From Reclinomonas americana ATCC 50394 (taxonomy: Eukaryota): a stretch of DNA of 64,000 nt. Shown here piece by piece: positions 29,400-36,307 of the stretch. The stretch lies in the NCBI GenBank assembly GCA_048213135.1, contig PS015010.1, positions 1,178,001-1,242,000 of the forward strand, given 5' to 3'. The notes beneath the pieces were generated by a model. The model searched no databases. It was given only the letters and a program-made list of their open reading frames with translations, and had not been told where the DNA came from. Every line of letters begins with the position of its first letter. Positions within the stretch are counted from its first letter, which is position 1. The translations under genes and the position numbers were made by a program.

Positions 29400-30673
29400 G
29401 CCGGTTCTCCCCCGTAACCGCGGAGTATTTTGTAGCCGACAGCACAATCGAGGCAGGATTTATTGTTGCAGTACCTGTTTTTAAGCTGCAGCATGGCCTG
29501 CGATTCCAGGGCGTTCTCGGCTGTCCAGCCCAGTCGGGCGTATTCCCTTGTGATCGTATTGCTCTCCGCTTTGATGGAGGCCAGCCACTGCAGTGATCTT
29601 ATTTTGAATTTCTCTTCACGGTGATAATAGCCGTAACAAAAAAGCATAGGTATGATGGTATTGATACAGATGCTGTCTGCCAGTTGCCGGCCTGCATGTT
29701 TTTCCCGGTAAACTCCTGTTTTATCATTCGTTGTATAATGATGGTGCCAGTGATCGCCGGCGGTGACAGACAGTACCTGTTTTACTTCATCAAGGTTGTC
29801 AAGCGAACATACAACAGGAAACAGGCGTGGTTGCTCCGTTAACAGCCTGGCCAATTGTGCGAGCCGGATCGCGGGAAAACCGGAAGGCCGCATGCGCAGG
29901 AGCAGCACTTTTACGTGCGGCGGCACCAGCTTATATTTCTTTTTCAGAAAAGCATATTCTTTTTGCAACTGTGCAGGGTAAGGATCGGTCAGTTGTCCGC
30001 CGAGCAGCCCCGCCTGGCCGAGCAGTAATGATTCGGTTTGCATGAGCCGGTTGCTGTGTTTAAACAGCAGTTCAACCGGCAGCGATACAGCGATCTTTTC
30101 AAAAGCATCGCCATTCACAGGTGTTCCGAAACTGCGTGCCAGCTGGGCCCAGAATACCGCTTCCCAGTGGTATTGTTGCTGCTCCAGTTTGTCCAGCAGG
30201 GCCTTTGTGCGATCCTCAAGCCGTTCCATCACTAACCGTTCGAGCCATGATTTCCACAACAATCGGGGTACTTCGGCGATACTGCTGCCACAGGGGATGG
30301 AGCCTGCCGACTTCAGCAAGGCATCATAATGGCGGAGCAGCAGTTTGGGCACCCTGTTCTGCAGTTCCAGCGTGGGAAAAGGCAGTTGCGGCCTGGTTTC
30401 GTACTCCCATACCACGTGAAGAATGACGTTGCGGTAGTGCTCATCTTCCGTATGCCCATGTTGCACCCAATGCGAAGAACGAAGGTGCAGCTCCACCGAA
30501 CCCGCCCAGGTAGTGGTACCAATGCGTATTCTCGCGTCAAGAAAATCGGGCCCTTGGTTCCTGTTGAAAGTACCGGTGTGAAAAATGTGTATGGCTTCGT
30601 CGTCAGTACTGGCCAGTTGTTGTTTATTGAATAAACCCGATTGCCAGATGAATTGCAGTAGTCGTTCGTTCAT
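29396..30673 (-). CDS. DUF2851 family protein
   Basis: ERLLQFIW, GPDFLDARI, GSVELH...W..HGH..D..Y.NVILHVVW, RMRPSGFP.IRL, C-terminal YC...CLDCAVG. Confidence 0.9.
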   Translation of the reverse strand: MNERLLQFIWQSGLFNKQQLASTDDEAIHIFHTGTFNRNQGPDFLDARIRIGTTTWAGSVELHLRSSHWVQHGHTEDEHYRNVILHVVWEYETRPQLPFPTLELQNRVPKLLLRHYDALLKSAGSIPCGSSIAEVPRLLWKSWLERLVMERLEDRTKALLDKLEQQQYHWEAVFWAQLARSFGTPVNGDAFEKIAVSLPVELLFKHSNRLMQTESLLLGQAGLLGGQLTDPYPAQLQKEYAFLKKKYKLVPPHVKVLLLRMRPSGFPAIRLAQLARLLTEQPRLFPVVCSLDNLDEVKQVLSVTAGDHWHHHYTTNDKTGVYREKHAGRQLADSICINTIIPMLFCYGYYHREEKFKIRSLQWLASIKAESNTITREYARLGWTAENALESQAMLQLKNRYCNNKSCLDCAVGYKILRGYGGEPA

Positions 30674-30677
30674 CCCG

Positions 30678-30685
30678 CAAATCTA
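30678..30685 (-). promoter_or_regulatory. Bacteroidota -7 promoter element (DUF2851)
   Basis: TAGATTTG only 4 nt before the ATG. Confidence 0.55.
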
Positions 30686-30777
30686 TAAGCAGGAAGGGCT
30701 GCGACGAGGGAGAGTTTTCTTGTAAATCAGCAGAAAAAAACAGTAGCGTTTTCGAAATGTTTATTCGTAATTCGTTA

Positions 30778-31344
30778 TTAGAAATGAATTCTTCTTAAGC
30801 GTTGCACTACCCTGCTCACGGGGAGTCCCATCACGTTATAAAAATCACCTTTTACGCTTTGTATGCCCACCACGCCAATCCATTCCTGTATGGCATAAGC
30901 CCCGGCTTTATCGTAGGGCTGGTATTTGTCTACATAAAAACTGATTTGTTCCTGTGTAAGCGTATGAAACTGTACATCGGTGGTATCGGAGAACGCATCC
31001 TCTATTTCATCCCTGCGGATCACCACACCGGTGATCACCTGGTGCAGGCGGCCCGAGAGTGCGGAAAGGATATCGATGGCTTCCTGCCTGTCTTTAGGTT
31101 TACCAATGATGCGGTTATCAAGCACAACTACCGTATCGGCAGCGAGGATCACATCATTAGCATTAACTTCCTGCTGAACCGCCAGCGCTTTGTTGCGGGC
31201 GATATGTACGGGGATATCCGCAATGGGCAGTCCTTCGGGATAGGATTCGTCAGTTTCTTTTACCACGATCTCGAACGGCACTTCGGCCCATTCCAGTAAT
31301 TGTTTGCGGCGCGGCGATTGCGACGCGAGGATGATCTTTTGCAT
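30778..31344 (-). CDS. maf: Maf family nucleoside triphosphate pyrophosphatase
   Basis: ILASQSPRRKQLL, AADTVV, GKP, DKAGAYAIQ, NVMGLP. Confidence 0.95.
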   Translation of the reverse strand: MQKIILASQSPRRKQLLEWAEVPFEIVVKETDESYPEGLPIADIPVHIARNKALAVQQEVNANDVILAADTVVVLDNRIIGKPKDRQEAIDILSALSGRLHQVITGVVIRRDEIEDAFSDTTDVQFHTLTQEQISFYVDKYQPYDKAGAYAIQEWIGVVGIQSVKGDFYNVMGLPVSRVVQRLRRIHF

Positions 31345-31346
31345 AT

Positions 31347-32312
31347 CTATTGATAAATACGGAAGAAGAGCATGGATAAAATACCGGTGAACATCACCAG
31401 TTTTACAACTGTACTCAGCCGGTGATAATCGGCCGCGTTCTGTGCCTGGTATAATTTATACACGATCCATACCAGCGGCGCCACAATCAGGATAAAACAA
31501 TACGCGATGCTCCACCACCAGTCGAACTGCACTACGTAAAACTGAACGATAGACAGCACGGCAATGAGCACCACGATCCATACCCCGGCAAATACCTTGG
31601 TAACAGGTATGCCCCAGGCAATGGGCATGGTAGTACAGCCGTATTTCATATCGCCGTCCATATCTTCCAGGTCCTTGATCACTTCCCTTACCAGTGAAAT
31701 GATGAATGCGAAACCGGAGTAGAGTATCGCCAGTTTGAACAGTTTAGCCATGGCCTGGTCGTACAGTTCGCCCTGCATGGGTAAGCCCGCAGGAACTGGT
31801 TCATGCTGCCATTGTGCAAAATAGAGGATGAGTACTGTCCAGGCGGTGAGTACGGAAATGAGGATATTACCGATGAGCAGTTTGCGTTTGTACGTGGTGG
31901 AATATACCCACAACGCGATGGCGCAGATGAGGTTGGCGAACCCGAGGAAACAGAGGTTATCACCCAGGGAAAGGCTGACACCGAAACTGATCACCACGCC
32001 AATCAATGACAGCAACAGGTGCCACACAATGGCCCAGCGCCGTTTGATGACCTTTTCTATAACGATGCGGTTGGGTTTGTTCACCCTGTCGATATTGAGA
32101 TCGAAATAATCGTTGATGATGTACCCCGCTGCAGCGATACAAACAGAGGCGATGATAAGCAGTACCAGGTTGGTTTGCCCGAGCGCAGGCTGCAGGTAAT
32201 GCCCTTCAAATACGGGTTGTACGATGCAATAGTAGAACAGCAGTTGCGTAACCGCGATGAACACGAGGTTAGGCCAGCGTACTAGTCTTAAAAATGCTAT
32301 TGCGATCTTCAT
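31347..32312 (-). CDS. UbiA prenyltransferase, geranylgeranylglycerol-phosphate geranylgeranyltransferase-like
   Basis: VRWPNL, GYIINDYFDLNIDRVNKPNR, REVIKDLEDMDGD...TMP. Confidence 0.85.
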   Translation of the reverse strand: MKIAIAFLRLVRWPNLVFIAVTQLLFYYCIVQPVFEGHYLQPALGQTNLVLLIIASVCIAAAGYIINDYFDLNIDRVNKPNRIVIEKVIKRRWAIVWHLLLSLIGVVISFGVSLSLGDNLCFLGFANLICAIALWVYSTTYKRKLLIGNILISVLTAWTVLILYFAQWQHEPVPAGLPMQGELYDQAMAKLFKLAILYSGFAFIISLVREVIKDLEDMDGDMKYGCTTMPIAWGIPVTKVFAGVWIVVLIAVLSIVQFYVVQFDWWWSIAYCFILIVAPLVWIVYKLYQAQNAADYHRLSTVVKLVMFTGILSMLFFRIYQ

Positions 32313-32354
32313 GAACCGGTTATAGTAATGTTATGATGCCGGTAAAACCTGTGT

Positions 32355-32876
32355 TTACCGGGAAGCGATACCTGTCTCAAGATCCCAGTCGCCTTTCAGT
32401 TTCATCACTTTCTCAATCACATCACGACCACAACCCTGCCCGCCTTCCAGCGGTGAAATATAATGCGATACCTGTTTGATCTCCGCTACGGCGTCTGACG
32501 GGCAGCAGGCCAGCCCGGCCATTTGCATGGGCTGAAAATCGGGTATATCATCGCCCATGAACAATACTTCCTGCCATTGCAGGTTATGGGCGGCCACGTA
32601 TTCCAGCAGTTTTGTTTTTTTATCGTCCACTTTCATGAACACATCGGTAACGCCCAAACGTTCCAGTCTTTCCTTTACGGCCATATCGGTACCACCGGAA
32701 ATGACCACCACACGGTATCCTTTTTTAACGGCCAGTTGCAGCGCATAGCCATCCTTGATGTTCATACGCCTGGCCATTTGTCCGCCGGGCAGCAGCAACA
32801 GCGACCCGTCGGTAAGCACACCGTCTACATCAAAGACAAAAGTGGTGATATGTGTGAATAAGGAAAGCAGGTTCAT
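32355..32876 (-). CDS. kdsC: KdsC-family HAD phosphatase (KDO-8-phosphate phosphatase-like)
   Basis: FDVDGVLTDG, NIKDGY, MGDDIPD, GGQGCGRDVIE. Confidence 0.88.
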   Translation of the reverse strand: MNLLSLFTHITTFVFDVDGVLTDGSLLLLPGGQMARRMNIKDGYALQLAVKKGYRVVVISGGTDMAVKERLERLGVTDVFMKVDDKKTKLLEYVAAHNLQWQEVLFMGDDIPDFQPMQMAGLACCPSDAVAEIKQVSHYISPLEGGQGCGRDVIEKVMKLKGDWDLETGIASR

Positions 32877-32917
32877 GCGAAACGGTTACCGGGGGTGTTA
32901 TCGTTTGAAAGGGTAAT

Positions 32918-33154
32918 TTATTTTTGATTGTCCCGCCATTCGTATACCCAGCTGCTCTGGATCATCTCCAGGTGCCCTTCATTGCTTTGTTCGGCGGTTC
33001 CGGCGAAATTGGGAATTTCCAGCACCCATTTGTGCAGGTCGGTAAAACGGATACGGTAGATCTTCGCTTCGCTGAAATCATCTCCAAAACGCTCATACAG
33101 TTTCATGGCGATGTCTTCGTAATCGTTCCAGTGAATCGGGGGTTCGAAAGTCAT
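32918..33154 (-). CDS. iscX: Fe-S cluster assembly protein IscX
   Basis: W.DYEDIAMKLYE...IRFTDLHKWVLE...SNEGHLE.IQ..W. Start ATG 33154. Confidence 0.9.
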   Translation of the reverse strand: MTFEPPIHWNDYEDIAMKLYERFGDDFSEAKIYRIRFTDLHKWVLEIPNFAGTAEQSNEGHLEMIQSSWVYEWRDNQK

Positions 33155-33161
33155 AATGATT

Positions 33162-33201
33162 AATATGCAAATGTGACAATTAGCCAATTCGACAATTGCC
33201 G
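33162..33201 (+). repeat. Degenerate 8-bp tandem array
   Basis: aatatgca/aatgtgac/aattagcc/aattcgac/aattgccg, directly upstream of the minus-strand iscX start. Confidence 0.65.
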
Positions 33202-33244
33202 GTTATAATTAATAAAGCCAGCCCTGAAAATACGGCAATTATGA

Positions 33245-33580
33245 TTATTCTCCGAGGAATTGGGTCTGGTCGGGTAAGGTAACCACCACATCGCCGCCGC
33301 CCTTTTGCAGTATACACTGGCAACCCAGCCTGGAGCTGAGCCTTGGATTTACGGCCCTGTCAATGAAGTCCTCTTCCCTGTCGCTGAGCTCTTCCAGGAA
33401 ATCCTCACCCTGTTCCACGTATAAGTGACAGGTACTGCAGGCACAAACGCCGCCGCAGTTGTGGTGCAATTCTATATCGTTCTTTAAAGCTACTTCTAAA
33501 ATAGATTGATCAGGTTCAATGCCGCTAAGGGTAACCGGTTCCAGTCCTTTCTGCTCAAATCTGAATGTGATATTATACAT
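33245..33580 (-). CDS. fdx: [2Fe-2S] ferredoxin (adrenodoxin/ISC type)
   Basis: HNCGGVCACSTCH...SRLGCQ. Confidence 0.93.
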   Translation of the reverse strand: MYNITFRFEQKGLEPVTLSGIEPDQSILEVALKNDIELHHNCGGVCACSTCHLYVEQGEDFLEELSDREEDFIDRAVNPRLSSRLGCQCILQKGGGDVVVTLPDQTQFLGE

Positions 33581-33598
33581 ACTGCAAATTTCGGAGTG

Positions 33599-33606
33599 CA
33601 AACCTA
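33599..33606 (-). promoter_or_regulatory. Bacteroidota -7 promoter element (fdx operon)
   Basis: TAGGTTTG on the minus strand, 18 nt before the ATG. Confidence 0.5.
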
Positions 33607-33640
33607 CTTTAAATTACTAATTATGGAAAATATCATTGAA

Positions 33641-33668
33641 GAAGGAAAAAGGAAGAAGGAAAAAGTAA
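33641..33668 (+). repeat. Degenerate 7-bp purine-rich tandem array
   Basis: gaaggaa/aaaggaa/gaaggaa/aaagtaa. Confidence 0.6.
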
Positions 33669-33763
33669 AGAATGGACGGAATAATGGGAATTATTGTACA
33701 CGAATACTTGTAAACTCAAAGCGTAATGCCTAATTTTCGGCCGTATCAATACCATTATTTCAT

Positions 33764-34405
33764 ATGAAACCATTCGGTTATGCCTGCCTCTGCCTGTTGC
33801 TGGCTTTATCTGCCTGCAGTAATGCCGACGATAAGAAAAAACAGCCCGCTGCACCCAGGAAGGATACGGTAAAAGCAAAAAAAGCCGATCCCCCGCCATC
33901 AGAACTGAATATACGCAAACCCCCTATTGTCAATATTATCGATACGGTATCGCCTAAAAGAACAGTGGTCTATATGAAAGACAGTGCTTCCACTACAGAA
34001 CGTGTGGGACTTAAACTGGCGCAGATATACGGCGTAAAACTGGCAGCCGTATTCAAACAGAACAAAGGCCTGAAAATGGCAGGACAACCAATGGCCTGGT
34101 ACCGCAGCCAGAAAGCACCTTTCTTTTTTGAAGCGGGTGTGCCTGTGAATAAACGCCCCGCGAAACTGGGACCGGGTATTATGGTTAAGGAAGTGCCGGC
34201 CGACAGCGTGATCATGGCCCATTTTTTTGGTCCGTATGACCTGACCAGCCAGGGATATGACGCTATAAAGGAACGCCTGAAAGATACCCGCCGGACAGCC
34301 AAAGGCCGGCCTTATGAAATTTACATCTCCGATCCGATGGATAAAAAAGGGAAACCTGTAGACCCTTACCGGGTGCAGACCGACATCATCTTTCCACGGC
34401 ACTGA
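33764..34405 (+). CDS. GyrI-like small-molecule-binding domain lipoprotein
   Basis: Lipobox LALSAC; FEAGVPV, HFFGPYD...Y, PYEIYISDP...TDIIFP. Confidence 0.8.
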   Translation: MKPFGYACLCLLLALSACSNADDKKKQPAAPRKDTVKAKKADPPPSELNIRKPPIVNIIDTVSPKRTVVYMKDSASTTERVGLKLAQIYGVKLAAVFKQNKGLKMAGQPMAWYRSQKAPFFFEAGVPVNKRPAKLGPGIMVKEVPADSVIMAHFFGPYDLTSQGYDAIKERLKDTRRTAKGRPYEIYISDPMDKKGKPVDPYRVQTDIIFPRH

Positions 34406-34408
34406 CGT

Positions 34409-35164
34409 TTATTTATTCATGATACTGTCGGTCAGCTTCAGGTATACGTACTTCAGTTTAGGGTGACTGGTGAGGATGCGCAGGTGTTTATCAAGCGTAA
34501 AGATATCGTTACGGATGGCAGGGCCGGTTTGTACGGCAGACGGTGAATGATGGCTCAACCTGCTGGCCGTTTCCCGGATCAGCGGCAGCAGCATATTGAA
34601 ATCCACGTTTTCCTGTTTACAGAAATCCTCCGCCAGTGCATATAAATGATTGGTGAAATTGCTTACAATTACAGCGGCCACGTGCAGCTTAAGTCTTTCC
34701 TCATCGTTTGCCAGAGACACGGTGTCAGACAATGTACCGGCAAAATCCTTCACAAAAGCAGTTACTTCAGGCGTATTGCCATTGACCAGTAACGGAATGT
34801 CTTCGGCGGGTTCCATTTCCCTGCGCAGGCTCTGCATGGGGTACAGCACACCATAATTCAGGGAAAGGGGTTGCAGCACATCCATGGGCACCGATCCGGC
34901 GGTATGCAGCACCAGCCTGTCTCCTATGGCCGGGAAAGGCTGCAGGGTATACAGGGCATTGTCACTCACCGCCAGCAGGTAGATATCAGCCCCGGGAACC
35001 AATTCCGCATGGCTGTCGGTATAATCGCAATGAAGGATACCCGCCAGGGCGCTGGCATGCTCTATATCCCGGCTGAACACCTGCAGTACCTGGTGCCCGT
35101 TTTTGAGTACCTGGCGTCCCAGTACCGTGGCTACATTTCCTGAACCGATGATGACAATTTTCAT
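34409..35164 (-). CDS. Rossmann-like and DUF2520 domain oxidoreductase
   Basis: MKIVIIGSGNVA, LAVSD, HTAGS, YPMQS, LHVAAV..SNFTNHL, QTGPAIR.D. Confidence 0.9.
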   Translation of the reverse strand: MKIVIIGSGNVATVLGRQVLKNGHQVLQVFSRDIEHASALAGILHCDYTDSHAELVPGADIYLLAVSDNALYTLQPFPAIGDRLVLHTAGSVPMDVLQPLSLNYGVLYPMQSLRREMEPAEDIPLLVNGNTPEVTAFVKDFAGTLSDTVSLANDEERLKLHVAAVIVSNFTNHLYALAEDFCKQENVDFNMLLPLIRETASRLSHHSPSAVQTGPAIRNDIFTLDKHLRILTSHPKLKYVYLKLTDSIMNK

Positions 35165-35169
35165 ATAAG

Positions 35170-35177
35170 TATCTTTG
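35170..35177 (+). promoter_or_regulatory. Bacteroidota -7 promoter element (alpha/beta hydrolase)
   Basis: TATCTTTG within the 34-bp divergent gap. Confidence 0.55.
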
Positions 35178-35198
35178 CACATTGAAAGGATCACACAG

Positions 35199-36041
35199 AT
35201 GAAATTAAAGCAAAGATTAGCAATTGGGTACATACAAACAAAATTCAGGGTACTCGGACTGCTGTCGAAGAAGAGGGCGGCGGAAAAAGCATTTATCACT
35301 TTTACCACTCCATATATAAAGGCTAAGCCGGATAAAGGATTGAAAAACGCGGAGCCGGTCAAATTTTCTTTCCGCGGGCTAACCATAAAAGGCTACCGCT
35401 GGAACCATCCCGGGAAACCTAAAGCCCTTATCCTGCATGGTTTTGGATCGGCAGCCTATAAATTTGAATATTATGCCAAAGCGCTGGCCGCCGCAGGCTA
35501 TGAAGTGCTCGCCTTCGATGCACCGGCACATGGCAGCAGTGGTGGTAAAACAGTCAACGGCGTCGTATACAGTGAAATGATACTGGAAGTTTCCCGGCTT
35601 TTTGGTCCTTTCGACAGTTTCCTGGCCCACTCTTTTGGCGGGCTGGCCATCAGCTTGGCACTGGAACAAATGCCCCATTCGGCAGATACCCGGGTGGTAC
35701 TCATCGCTCCCGCCACAGAAACCACTTCAGCCATCGACGGCGCTTTTGCCACGTTGGGTATACATGATGCGGAGATCAGGACCCTCTTCAACCAGCAGAT
35801 CACTGATCTTACAGGCAAAGATCCTGCCTGGTTCTCGGTAAGCCGGGCCATACGCCACAACAAAGCCCGTGTGCTGTGGGTGCACGATGAGCAGGATACC
35901 ATTACCCCCTGGGCCGATGCCCGCAAAGTGCAGGAACTGGACCTGCCGCATGTACGTTTCCTGGTCACCAGCGGACTGGGGCACCAGAAGATTTACCACG
36001 ATACAGCGGTAAAAGAACAGATCATTTCTTTTTTACAATAA
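35199..36041 (+). CDS. Alpha/beta hydrolase
   Basis: LHGFGS, FDAPAHG, nucleophile AHSFGG, HDEQD, GLGH. Confidence 0.9.
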   Translation: MKLKQRLAIGYIQTKFRVLGLLSKKRAAEKAFITFTTPYIKAKPDKGLKNAEPVKFSFRGLTIKGYRWNHPGKPKALILHGFGSAAYKFEYYAKALAAAGYEVLAFDAPAHGSSGGKTVNGVVYSEMILEVSRLFGPFDSFLAHSFGGLAISLALEQMPHSADTRVVLIAPATETTSAIDGAFATLGIHDAEIRTLFNQQITDLTGKDPAWFSVSRAIRHNKARVLWVHDEQDTITPWADARKVQELDLPHVRFLVTSGLGHQKIYHDTAVKEQIISFLQ

Positions 36042-36307
36042 CGTATTCCCCGCACTGCAGCCTATAAAAATGGAGCCGAAATTGCAGGACAATTTAGCAG
36101 GGTTGCAACAGCCTCCGGCAAACTGAAATTTGGATTTTTCAATTTTAAACTAATATTGCAGAGAATTACAGGAGGAGAAGGATGTGTTCCCTGGGTGAGG
36201 ATGAACAGCTGAAAATCGCTCCGGAACTGGATTGTAAGGCAAATAAAAGACGATACGTCATCCGGCGCTGCCCTGGTTACCCAAACAGGCAGCATAAAAA
36301 AAGACAA

